From Chrysochromulina tobinii (Eukaryota), in the NCBI GenBank assembly GCA_001275005.1, contig JWZX01003361.1, positions 1 through 51,322 on the forward strand: 51,322 nucleotides of DNA. Reading direction: 5' to 3'. Every line of letters starts with the position of its first letter. Within the stretch, counting starts at the first letter, position 1. The notes below the pieces were generated by a model. That model was not told the origin of the DNA and searched no databases. It was given only the letters and a program-made list of their open reading frames with translations. This document shows, in pieces, positions 10,247 to 20,684 of this stretch. The translations under genes and the position numbers were made by a program.

Positions 10247-10617
10247 CTCTCTGGCGCCAAATCGAAAGCCAAATCGTCCCCGGCGGCAACTTGGCATTGC
10301 GCCAGCGACGGTGTCAGGGGAAGCAGCACCCCACGCTCGCTCTCGCACAGGCGCAGGGGCACGGTGGCCGTCACGACGAGATCCGCCGCCGCCAGGCTGG
10401 GCGCCGCGATGCTGGCGAGCAGCGCTGCCGCCTCGATGCTCACGCGTGATGCCGGCTGTGCCTGTTCAAGCAGCGCCTCCACCAGCTCGACTGACTCTAG
10501 GCGCAAAGATTCGCCATACGAGCCGCAGTCGCGGTGGATCCACTTTAGGCGCACCGCCGTGGCCCTGGCTGCGGGAGGCTCGCGCGGAGGAACGCCCGCG
10601 CCTGCGCAGGCATCCAC
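10247..10617 (-). CDS. Probable internal exon of an unresolved multi-exon hypothetical gene
   Basis: Open frame VDACAG...LAPER bounded by a CAG acceptor upstream and a perfect GTAAGT donor at 10246; end resembles a ubiquitin-like fold (LLPL.PSLAQCQV..GDDL), weak. Confidence 0.35.
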
Positions 10618-11092
10618 CTGCCATCCCAACGAGCGACCGTGGACAAGATGAAAGCGGAGACCACACGCGCACAATCAAGACTCTAGGGGCAAGGACTGGC
10701 GCGCGACGTTTGCGCAGCGGCGATGGGCATGGGTTGAACCCATATCGCGCACCCCAAAGCACGCACCTTTCGCCTCGGTGGCCGCCGCATCCCTAGACCC
10801 GACGCCGGAGGTGAGTGGCCCGACGAACACTTCTAATCGCAAAGTCAATATCTCCGACGTCGAGGTCAGGACTTGATGAGATTTCGCATAAAGCCGCCGC
10901 TCAAACGTTGACGGAACTCTAATTAGTACGGAAGTGCACTGTCAAACTTCCTGCGGACTCTTTGGATACTCCAGTCACCTCGTCTCCTTTCTCCGACGAC
11001 GGTCGACGGACGGCCCGAGGCGCGGTCCGACGCGCGGTCCGACGAAGCGACGATCGGCGTCCCGAATCACAGACTCGAAGCACACCTTTCAC

Positions 11093-14000
11093 CTACCCGA
11101 TCTTTGGCAGAGGGGCCGCGCGAAAGTTGGGCGACTTTCTCATCTGTGGGGTGAGCAGCGGTGATGACACGGAGGCGGCGAGCAGGCTGTTCACCGAGCC
11201 TCCCTTGAGCCGCTGCGTGATGGGAACCCCAACGGGCGTTCGCGGCGGCGGCGAGCCGGTAGGGCTCATCGCACGCCCGCCCGGGCTGCCAGCCAAGCCG
11301 CCCGGGCTGCTCGTAGCTAAGCCGCCCGGACTGGCCGCTCCGAAGGGCACGGCGCCGGCGCCTCCACTCCAGCCTGGCGGCGGTTCGTATACGGAATCGG
11401 CGGCGGAGCGCAGCTTGGACGCAATGTCGGCGAACAGGTTGTGCGCGATCGCCGTGCGAATGAAGGCCTCGGCGAGGATGGCGTCCGTCTCGTACCCGAG
11501 CATCTGCTCGGAGAGAGCGAGTGCCTCGTCGTACAGTTTGAAAGCCTCGCCCTCGGTCACATTGGGCTTGCGCACCTTAATCATCTGAATGAACTCGTCG
11601 AGTTGAAGGATGCCGTCCCCGTTGTCGTCTGCCTCGAGGAAGATGGACTGCAGCTGCTTCGAGATGCCGATCTGGGCGTCCTCCCACACTTGCATCATCA
11701 CGGTCAGGAACCAGTCGAGATCCACGCTGGCGCTCGACATGCCGGGAACCAAGGGCAAGTCCATCTTGCCGTTGGGCGAGCCCGCGCCCCCTTCGGTGGC
11801 CGCCGCCTTGACGCGCGCACTCAGCTTGTTGAGCAGCACCGTGTCGCGCACGAGGAATTTGAGGGCCTCTAGCACCTGCACCGTCGACACGCTCATTTTC
11901 TCGGCGGAGAGTGCCACCTCGATCTGAGTGCGCTGCTGGCGTCCCCACGCCGGGAAGAGGGCGTGCAAGCAGAGCACACAAAAGTCTGCCTGCGGAGGCG
12001 GCCAACAGCCTCCTGAGTCGGTCGCGATCCCCGTGAGCGAGCGGAAGGCGTGCACGCGGTACGGCATCGCGTAGCGGGGCTGCTTGGCCACCTCCATGAG
12101 CGTGGCAGCCAGATTGTGCAGCGCCTGCACCGCGTCCGTGCGCCGCCCGTGGCGCGTGGCCAAATAACGCCAGAGCTCGTCGCGCACGCACATGCGCGGG
12201 CGCTCACTACGGCGCGAGGCGCCATCCGAGTCGACCTTCATGGCGAGGGAGCCTCCCACCACGCGGAGCAGCTCGGCCGTCGAGAGGAGCGTGGTGTAGG
12301 TCATCTTGCGGCGGAGCATCTCCGCCATCGACGCCCCGCCGCCAAGCTGATGCTGCACGCCGCTGCTGCCGCCCTCTTGGACCGCCCCGTCGGACTCGTC
12401 CTCCTCGGGGACCTCAACGGGCGCAGGCGACGCAGCCAACGAGGGCGAGGCGAGCAGGTATGAACCGTCTGCTGCCCCTATCTCCCCAATCTCCTTGTGC
12501 GTCTGTTGGCGCACCTGGCGGCGCGAGCCAATGGTCGCTCGAGTCGATCCATCCTTGCGCTTGATCGGTGCCATGTCGAACGCGCCGTCGCGAGCGCCCT
12601 CGGGGGTAGGCGGCTCCCGGGCGCCGTCGCGAGCGCCCCCGGCCATGCCCGCCTCTCGCGCTTGCATTTCGCCCCCTCGGACGCCATAGCGCTCGACATA
12701 GCACTCGAGGATCGCCTTGAGCTCCTCCGCCTTGAGGGACTCGAGCATTGCATGCATTGTCTGGAGCCGCTCCTCGGCGCTCGCATCTCCCATAAAGAGA
12801 GTCTTCGCCTTGCGCAGCACGGCGCCCAACTCGGCGCCCGTCAGATGGCTCGTCGAGATCTCCTGCATGTGGAGCAGCGCCTCGGCGCCATGAGTGTCGG
12901 CGGCCATGTGCTGTATGACGTGTCCGATTCCTTCGCCAGAGAAGGAGGCGAGGAGGTCGGCGCCGAGCACGTACTGCATCGAGGCCGGAAGCCATTCGAT
13001 GAGCGCAGCGAGCAACTCCTCACGCCACGCCTCCGCAATCTCCTTGGGAGGGTCGTCTAAGGCGACCCTGAGGAGACTTCCCACCTGCTTTGCCGTCAGC
13101 TCGTCCTTGAGGCCCTTGAGCATGAGCTCGAGCTGCTCGAGCTTCTGCTCAGGAGCGGAGACGGGTCATCAGTGGTCATCAGTGGTCATCAGTGGTCATC
13201 AGTGGTCATCAGTGGTCATCAGTGGTCATCAGTGGTCTTCAGTGGTCTTCAGTGGTCATCAGTGGTCATCAGTGGTCTTCAGGGGTCATCAGTGGTCTTC
13301 AGGGGTCATCAGTGGTCATCAGGGCTCATCAGTGGCAGCTCACATGCTCGGACGAGGAGAGGCCCGTATCGCCACCTTGAAGAAGAGCGTCCGCGCCCTT
13401 GCCGCTCTTGCTCGGCATCTTCATCATGGCCATGGACACCATGGCAGTCTTCATCACCTGGGAGGTCTTGAGTATCGAGCGCGAGTCGAACTCGGACTTG
13501 ACCACGGCGGCCTTGCGGTTCCATTCGAGCTCGCGCCGGAGCACCTGCATCTTCTGCGCCATCGAGCGGTTGGCAAGCAGGAGCTCCTGCAGCCGCTCCT
13601 CTTGTGTCGCCTTCTCCTCGACGTCGGATTGTGTCTTGAGTGCGGAGCGCGAATGCATCTCGGCGACCGCGAGGAGGAGCCTCGCGATCCAGTCGTCGTA
13701 GCGACTCCGGATCGTGTCGAGAAGCTCACCGCGCTCCGCGCACGTGACGCGCACCTGACGCGCCACCTCTGCGAACGCCGCGTCCCACGCGACCATCTGG
13801 TCGCCCAGACTGTGCGATGCGGCCGCCAGCTGCTGCTTCAGCTGGGCCTCGAGTCGGATCACTTGCTCGCGAGAGGACGGGTTGCTCTCCTTCGCGCGCG
13901 CCAACGCCGCTCCGGGTGACCCGCGCGACTCGGCGAGCAGGCCAGGCGGAAGCCCGAGCGCACCGGGCGTCGACGGGCGCGAGCGCGGCCACGAGCCGGG

Positions 14001-14456
14001 ACTATCCTCGGATCGGAGCCGCAGGGAGTCGATGCTGGCCGACGGGTCGAGCCCCGCAATCTGCAGGATCATCGCGCTCGGCGCGGGTGGCACGCGCGGC
14101 GGATTCGACATGCTGTGCGGCAGCCGCTGCTCGCCGAGCAGCTCGGCCATGTCTGGCGTGGCCACATGTCGCACGCTCTGCAGGTCAAGCTGTGGCCGTG
14201 TGGCCGGCGAAGCGCCACCTGAAGCGGAGCCGGACGACTCGGTCTCCTTCCAGATGACGCGCCCGCCAGGGTAGACGATCGGCTTCTGCGTCTGGGGGTC
14301 GGGTGCTCGGGGCCGCTCAGACTGTTTGTAGGAAGAGACCTGCCTGTGCGTGGGCACGGGCGGGTAGTGCAGTTTGGCTAGGCTGCTCTCGCCGGGCAGC
14401 ATTCTCATGTCGTCGAGCAGAGGTGGGAGGCTCGTCGGCGTGTTTATGAGCACCAT
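11093..14456 (-). CDS. Axonemal dynein light chain domain and EF-hand containing protein (exons 14456-13344, 13144-11093)
   Basis: WDAAFAEVARQVRVTCAERGELLDTIR matches the p28/Ax_dynein_light motif; coiled coil; EF-hand FLEADDNGDGILQLDEFIQMI; phase-0 intron 13145-13343 joins SSEH|KLEQL. Confidence 0.8.
13163..13334 (-). repeat. Intronic tandem 10-mer array (CTGATGACCA/CTGAAGACCA on sense strand) in intron 13145-13343
   Basis: About 17 units of GTCATCAGTG/GTCTTCAGTG visible on +; same unit as 717-827; intron 3' end CTCCGCTCCTGAGCAG resembles upstream exon end CTCCTCGTCCGAGCAT. Confidence 0.95.
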
Positions 14457-14852
14457 CGAGCAGCACCGCAATTGTGTGCCAAGCAAGCCCGCCCTCGGGG
14501 TTGGTTTCCATGATTCTCGACGCTCGCAAGGTATGAAACGGCGGCCGGCGTGTTTGTAAGACCCCCGGCTGTGGTACCCGGTAAAAAGACACCGGGGGGA
14601 GCCGGGACACACACGGGTAACCCCCCCCCCCGGCGGCGGGTCCGCCTAGTTGCAGAGAGCTCTCTTGACTCTTCTCTCGATCACTCACCGCTGTCGGACG
14701 CCCCGCTACACCGCGCACGGTCCAGAACCGAACCGTGAGACTGAACCGTACGCGCGGGATCGCGCGACAAACCTCCCCGGCATGACTCTGTGCCGCATGT
14801 GTCGCACACAGGACACGATGGCTTGATTTTGAAGACCACCCTCGTCAGAGCC

Positions 14853-17480
14853 TCAGAGGTACGCCCCCGCTAGCCCGGCCAATCCCTCCTGGCCCACCTT
14901 GCGCGCGGCCACGGCGCAGCCGCGCCGGAGTGCCTCTTGCGGCGGCGCCCCAGTGGCGATTGCCGCGAGGCTGCTCCCGATGAAGGTGTCGCCTGCGCCC
15001 GTCGAGTCGACCACCTGCTCGACTCGGCGCGCGGGCTCATAGTACGCTATTGGCTCCTGGGCGGCGCCCAACTCGGCGCCCCGCAGCTCGACAGCAAACG
15101 CGCCGGTCGACCCCCACGCGCACACCCACAGCGCGGGCCGCCGCGGATGGTAGCTCGCATAGGCGCCGTCGTGAGCGCTCGTGTCGGCGCCGCCTTGCTC
15201 AGCACGGCGCTCGGCACGCGTGCCCAGCGCAATCAGCGTCCGCACGGCGAGGTGGCCGCGAAAATCGACGCCGTCGTAGGCGCCCATGGCGCCGTCATGG
15301 GCACCATGAGCGCCGTCGTGGTCACCAATGGCGCCGTCGTGGGCACCATGGGCGCCGTCGTGAGCGCCCGGCTCGACGCGGAGCTCGGCGGCGTGCTTCT
15401 CGACCCACTCCCGGCTAAAGTAGGCCACGTCAGCATGCTCGATGAGGGCGAGCGCGTCCGAGACGCTGATCGCGGGCTTCTCGAGCTCGATCGAGATCTG
15501 CCATGCCTCACCCGCCGCCCGGCGCGCTTGCACGGCACGCGTCATCGCACCAACGCTCACGACCTCCCGCCCTTCAAAATGGACAAACCCTCGCTTGCCC
15601 GGCGCGGGCGCGGGCAGACGCGCACTTAGGTGCGCGGGCGAGAGCTCTCTGAGACCGCGCCGGCAGCTCACGATCGTTCGCGAGCCGCTCGCACGCGACT
15701 GCACGATGGCTGACGTGGGAACTCCGGGCAGTAGCGCGCCCGCGGCGGCGCCCTGCGCGCCGGCGGCCACCTCGGCCACCTCCTCGCGCAGTGACGTGTC
15801 CACGCCGTGCCCCTCGAGGTCTCCGAGGACGAAGTCCGTCTCGGGCACAGTCGCGCGCGGCGGCACGGCCCCCATCCAGCACAAACGCGTCGCGGCGCCC
15901 GAGGCACGCAGCATCTGTGCGGCCACCACCGCACTATTGGCGGCGTTGCCGCCGCGCCGGCGACGCACGTGAGTCGCACGCACCGCCGTGTCCTCAGCGG
16001 GGTAGGCCGGCACGTGATGGATCTCGTCGAGGTAACAGCCGCCCACGATGACGACACATGCGAGGGGCGTTGCGGCGGCGGCGGCAAGGGCGGCCGCCAC
16101 GGAGCCCGCCGCCGGCGGCGGACCAGCCGTCGAGGCCGCCGCCGACGGCGGCGGCGGACCGGCCGTCGGGACTGACGGCGGCGGCGGCGGTGGAGGCGCC
16201 GGTACAGCTACTTTGACGAATGCGGGCAGTACTAGGCCTTTGAAGCCGAGATTTACAATCTCGGCTTGCTGGAGCCCCTCCATCGAGAAGCCCGCGTCCA
16301 TAGGCGGGCAGCGACCGAGCTCGACGCCCTGGAGCGCCGGCGCGAACGCCGACGCCGAGCCGAGGAGCGAACGGGTGATCGAGGCGACGCAGAGCATGCC
16401 CTGGTTGTCGCCGTTGACCAAGACGACGAGACCACGTGGACCGCGATCGGCGTCGGGTCCGTCGAAGCACACGAGCAGTACACCACGAAATCCGTCGTTG
16501 GCCGCCTGGTGCAGCATCCATCGGTTCGGTCGCGCTCCGTCCTCCGAGGCCACATCAAAGACGAACATGCCGACGCCCATACCGGCACTCATGAACGCTT
16601 CGCTTCCGCGATCGGGGCGGCGTGTGAGCACACAACGTGCGGCCGCATGCGAGATGCCGCCGCAGCCACCCGGCCGACGGTAGGCAAGCGCGAGCTGGCG
16701 GAGCCAGTCGAGCAGCGCCGCCGACGAGCCCAGCGCGCCCGCGGCCAGCGGAGGGAAGTTGAGGCGGCCGCCGTCGACGCGCGTGCCGTCATCCCGATAG
16801 CCGTCGGCATAGTGCTTGCCCGGCGACTCGTGCGCAAAGGAGAGGCCCAGGGCGCAGCTCGTGCCGCATGCGGCGAGGTGCTCGTCCATGAGCGCCGCCA
16901 TCGGCGTCTTCTCGCGCGTCTCGAGGAGGTGCTGAAGGATCAAGAAGCCGCCACCGGAGTAGCCGAAAACGAGGCCTGGCCGTTTGGTCACGAAGAGCGG
17001 CGCGTAGCCGTGCGGTGCGGGCGCGTCTGACCTGCCGCTGATGAGCGCGAGCATCGATGGAAACTCTTGCGAGCGAGGGATGCCATTGACGTAATGCATC
17101 TGCGGCCCTGTGTGGTCCATGAGATGTGTCAACGTCACCTCGTCGGCCCATTCCCGCGGGCAGCCCTCGGCGGAGACAAGACGGTACGGCGAGCCCGCCT
17201 CGGCAAGCAGCGCGTTCACGCTCGTGTCGAAGGAGATACCCCGATCCGAAAAGTACTGGTATGCGAATACCGCGGCGATCGGCTTGCTCAGCGAGGCAAT
17301 CTCAAACCAAGTGGAGTCAAAGACAGGAGTGGAGGTCTCCCGCGAGGCGAGTCCGGCCACCTGAGTGCAAACCACCGAGTCACCGTCGCCAGTGGGCTTC
17401 AGCACGGCGAACGAGGCGCCCGTGACCCCAAATTTGCGCAGCGCGTCGTCGACTAGGCTCGGGTGCACAAGCTCTGGCAT
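14853..17480 (-). CDS. Fusion: beta-lactamase-fold serine hydrolase + Pro/Ala linker + PfkB-family (ketohexokinase-like) kinase
   Basis: Single 875-aa ORF. N-half: FEIASLSKP (SxxK), LMDHTG, FGYSGGG, HQAANDGF. C-half: VGGCYLD...YPAED...RRGGNAANS, HFEGR, VDSTGAGDTFIG. Confidence 0.85.
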   Translation of the reverse strand: MPELVHPSLVDDALRKFGVTGASFAVLKPTGDGDSVVCTQVAGLASRETSTPVFDSTWFEIASLSKPIAAVFAYQYFSDRGISFDTSVNALLAEAGSPYRLVSAEGCPREWADEVTLTHLMDHTGPQMHYVNGIPRSQEFPSMLALISGRSDAPAPHGYAPLFVTKRPGLVFGYSGGGFLILQHLLETREKTPMAALMDEHLAACGTSCALGLSFAHESPGKHYADGYRDDGTRVDGGRLNFPPLAAGALGSSAALLDWLRQLALAYRRPGGCGGISHAAARCVLTRRPDRGSEAFMSAGMGVGMFVFDVASEDGARPNRWMLHQAANDGFRGVLLVCFDGPDADRGPRGLVVLVNGDNQGMLCVASITRSLLGSASAFAPALQGVELGRCPPMDAGFSMEGLQQAEIVNLGFKGLVLPAFVKVAVPAPPPPPPPSVPTAGPPPPSAAASTAGPPPAAGSVAAALAAAAATPLACVVIVGGCYLDEIHHVPAYPAEDTAVRATHVRRRRGGNAANSAVVAAQMLRASGAATRLCWMGAVPPRATVPETDFVLGDLEGHGVDTSLREEVAEVAAGAQGAAAGALLPGVPTSAIVQSRASGSRTIVSCRRGLRELSPAHLSARLPAPAPGKRGFVHFEGREVVSVGAMTRAVQARRAAGEAWQISIELEKPAISVSDALALIEHADVAYFSREWVEKHAAELRVEPGAHDGAHGAHDGAIGDHDGAHGAHDGAMGAYDGVDFRGHLAVRTLIALGTRAERRAEQGGADTSAHDGAYASYHPRRPALWVCAWGSTGAFAVELRGAELGAAQEPIAYYEPARRVEQVVDSTGAGDTFIGSSLAAIATGAPPQEALRRGCAVAARKVGQEGLAGLAGAYL

Positions 17481-17681
17481 GTTTTGCGACGAAGGCGAGC
17501 GGAGTGGGAGATGTGAATCTCAAAAGACATGGTACCAAAAAGACTTGATGGAGCTCACTCCCTCTTGCCATGGAACTGCCTGCACGCATTCCTCTGCTAC
17601 GCACAGGTTTTCACGCACCTACCGGTACGATCCACCACACTGAAAGGGAGGTTACAGAATCTTGGGGACGCCACGGGCGGG

Positions 17682-19070
17682 TCACGGTATCGAGGGTATC
17701 GACGACTGCGCTGCCGTTGGCGTGCGCCATTCATCCACACCCTTCGTTGCGATGGGCAGGCATTCAGAGCCAGCTGGCGGTGGCACCGCCTTATAAAGTA
17801 TCTGATGTCTTTTTGAGCCCACGTACGGCTCCGGTCCCACACGCTGGCGCGAAGACCGCACGGACCGTAGGGTGAGGTGCTTGCTGATCGTCCCTGAGAT
17901 GCTGATCGTCTCAGCGAGGAGGTACCCAGCGAGGATCTCACTCGCTTTGCGAGCCTTGATGATATTCACTCTGCGGGCGTTGCTCGCCAACGGCGCTGCA
18001 CATGCTATTGGTGCTGTTTCTCCCGCCGCTGCTGCTTTTGCGTCAAGGGCGAGAGACTGCCTCCTCATCGAGCTCGTTCGCAAAGATGAGCGTGATGGCA
18101 TGGTTGTGGTCGATCTGCGCTTCATGAGCGCCATGGCAAGGCCAGATTCGACGCGTGTAGGCTGGTTCAACTTCGGATCGAACTTTAATGCCTTGAAGCT
18201 CCCAGAACTGGGGCTGCTGCTGCCTTCGCTCGTGGCAGGTGAGGCTGGAGCCGTACGTGAGTTTTGCAGCGCCCGGCTGGATACCGTGGTCTGGAGCAGT
18301 CGGCTAGTCATGCTGAGCCCATTCATCAGCTTGCGATGACTGCTGACAGTTTTATGGCCCTTGCCTGGCTTAAGCTTCCGGCCAGAACGGGGATCCAGCG
18401 ACGAAGGCCGGATGTGTGTCGTGCCCTGCACCGCCTGAAGCACCGCCGCTGCCGTGTCCTCGTTGATGGGTATATACACGATGTCACAGTCGTCCTTCCA
18501 GATGCAGCCGTCTGGCGGCGAGCCTCGTGCGATAATCCAAAAGAGCTTCCACAGGAAGTGGACGTACTCTTCAGCTGACACGCCCAAGGTGTACATGTCG
18601 GCGAACTCGAAGATGCAATCCATAAAGACCTCCTTGCCCATGCGATCGTCGACCGAATCCTTGGCCCACTCCTCCTCGGCAACAGCAAGCGCGTCGTCCT
18701 CGTCCCACTCCTCGACCGTGGCACGGTACAGCTTCCGGCTGAGCAGCACGTATGTGTCCTTGGACAGGAGGGCGCAACGCTCAGAGTCGGGCGGCACCTT
18801 CTCCCCATTCTGTGTATTCTGTGCACTGGTCCACCATACTTCGAGGACGCGCGTGACGTCGGGGTTGCGCCGGAGCTGGAGGCGCCGATTGATCATATCG
18901 TCCGTGTTGAGAGAGAGCCGGCCCTGTAGGTGGAATGGCACATTTGCACATTCCGCTGCCTCGAAGACGATGTTGCTCCGTCGGATATTGGTGATCTTCA
19001 ACCTGAGCTGCGTCAAGTTCTCCTTGGCCGCATTCCAAGAAGGCAGGGATGTTCGCCGCTCTGAGCTCAT
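17682..19070 (-). CDS. Hypothetical protein with a conserved-looking EF-hand-like block and disordered Ser-rich C-terminus
   Basis: 462-aa ATG-initiated ORF; AEEEWAKDS...FMDCIFEFADMYTLGVSAEEYVHFLWKLF block; 3' end may be spliced. Confidence 0.65.
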   Translation of the reverse strand: MSSERRTSLPSWNAAKENLTQLRLKITNIRRSNIVFEAAECANVPFHLQGRLSLNTDDMINRRLQLRRNPDVTRVLEVWWTSAQNTQNGEKVPPDSERCALLSKDTYVLLSRKLYRATVEEWDEDDALAVAEEEWAKDSVDDRMGKEVFMDCIFEFADMYTLGVSAEEYVHFLWKLFWIIARGSPPDGCIWKDDCDIVYIPINEDTAAAVLQAVQGTTHIRPSSLDPRSGRKLKPGKGHKTVSSHRKLMNGLSMTSRLLQTTVSSRALQNSRTAPASPATSEGSSSPSSGSFKALKFDPKLNQPTRVESGLAMALMKRRSTTTMPSRSSLRTSSMRRQSLALDAKAAAAGETAPIACAAPLASNARRVNIIKARKASEILAGYLLAETISISGTISKHLTLRSVRSSRQRVGPEPYVGSKRHQILYKAVPPPAGSECLPIATKGVDEWRTPTAAQSSIPSIP

Positions 19071-19340
19071 GCGAACTTGCGCGACACGGTACTAGTGGGC
19101 CCGGCTCATTACCGCGCGCACTCTCCGCTGCTTACTCGCCATTGGCCAACGAGGAAACTGGCCACTTTTGGGAACAGCTCGGGCGCGGGGCGATGAAACC
19201 GCAGGAGATTCTGTACATGATCAACAACATTGGCTACTGTACAGGTACAGTGCTTGCCTCTTGAAGGAGGTCTCAGAAGATGTGAAGACGTTTCATGAGT
19301 TCTCCATACCGGTACAGTACCCTTCACTCACTCGGATCAC

Positions 19341-20297
19341 ATGAACATGAACGCCTGGTCGTTCTTCCTTGCCGCCACGACGTTGGTTATCGTGCCGTTG
19401 GTGGTGCGACACATTCAGCGCGCCTCGCGTCAGTTGCTGCGAGCGCCATGCGGTTGCAGGTTGATCGTCAAATTAGGCGGATCAGCCATTACCGACAAGA
19501 GCTCCTTTGAGACACTAGACAAGCCTGCGCTGGAGAGCACTGCTTCAGCACTCGCGCATTCGCGATGGGCGAGATCGATGGTGCTTCTGCATGGCGCCGG
19601 CTCCTTTGGACATTTTCAAGCGTCGCAGTATGGCGTGTCGAAAGGCGCGTCCGACCCTCGCTTCTCCTGGCTCGGCTTCGCAGAGACTCGTTCCTCGGTG
19701 ACTCGCCTCAACTCACTCGTGGTCTCAGCGATGCTTCGTGCTTCACTGCCCGCTTGCGGGCTGCCATTGTTCCCTCGATGGACCACTCGAGCCAAAAAGT
19801 TGCAGCAGGACGGCATCCCAGAGGTGTGTGAACTCTTGCGTGCTGGCATCGTGCCGGTGCTTCACGGCGATGCCGTTTTGGACAGTGAACAAGGAAGTGC
19901 CGTGCTCTCTGGCGATGCACTCGTGGTAGCTTTGTGCCAGGCTCTGCGGCCGGAGCGAGTCGTGTTCCTGACCAACGTGGCGGGGGTGTATGATCGACCT
20001 CCGGATCAGCCAGGAGCGCGGCTGCTCTCTCGCATCGTCTTCGACCGGAGCACGTACGGGGTGCGTGAGCTCTATTTCCGAAGCGAATCTGGCGCGTCGG
20101 AGCGTCTCACAGGCGGATTGGCCACCTCCACAGCGGCGCACGATGTGACCGGCGGCCTTGCCGCGAAGCTTGAGGCCGCTGCAAAATGCGCTGCGTACGG
20201 CACGCCCGTGTACATCGTGCAAGTGGGCACAGAGGACGCCACAGCGGCCCTTACGGGTGAGACCCCGAGAGTATACACCTTGATCGAGGCACATTAG
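19341..20297 (+). CDS. IPK: Isopentenyl phosphate kinase (amino-acid kinase family) with N-terminal hydrophobic anchor
   Basis: IVKLGGSAITDK, LHGAGSFGHFQA (IPK His), VPVLHGDAVLD, LSGD, FLTNVAGVYDRPP, HDVTGGLAAKL. Confidence 0.9.
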   Translation: MNMNAWSFFLAATTLVIVPLVVRHIQRASRQLLRAPCGCRLIVKLGGSAITDKSSFETLDKPALESTASALAHSRWARSMVLLHGAGSFGHFQASQYGVSKGASDPRFSWLGFAETRSSVTRLNSLVVSAMLRASLPACGLPLFPRWTTRAKKLQQDGIPEVCELLRAGIVPVLHGDAVLDSEQGSAVLSGDALVVALCQALRPERVVFLTNVAGVYDRPPDQPGARLLSRIVFDRSTYGVRELYFRSESGASERLTGGLATSTAAHDVTGGLAAKLEAAAKCAAYGTPVYIVQVGTEDATAALTGETPRVYTLIEAH

Positions 20298-20684
20298 GGG
20301 AACCACGTGAGAAAAAGACGGAGAGAGAGGAGATCGCGAGACGTTTGAGATTCTTGTGCGCGCATCGAACCAAGGAACGAGCTCAAACGATAACGCACCA
20401 GGGTAACCGCTCCAGGGTAGCCGCGCCGGTGACGGAGCGGGCAACGCCACGCGTCCCCCGTCCTGGGTCGCCAACGAAAAAATCGGCGCCCTCTCCCCTC
20501 TGCGCGAGAATTCGCGTCTCTCCGCTCTCGCTTTCTGTTTACTTGGTAACGTAACCGCGTTACGTAACTGCGTTGCTTAAGCCCGCTCGTGGCTGCCTCC
20601 GCGAGCCGCGTCCCGGCCACCGGCACCGCCGCGCTCAACACGGGAACCGCGGAGCTCGGCGCTGGGGACCGAACTTCAATGATC

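Noticed and set aside
12894..13919. ORFs with VVISGHQWSS repeats (also 465-1012)
   Set aside because: Translations of the intronic 10-mer array on the antisense strand.
16205..17480. Beta-lactam resistance gene
   Set aside because: The fold is shared by many esterases, amidases and peptidases; third motif is atypical, no signal peptide, eukaryotic host.
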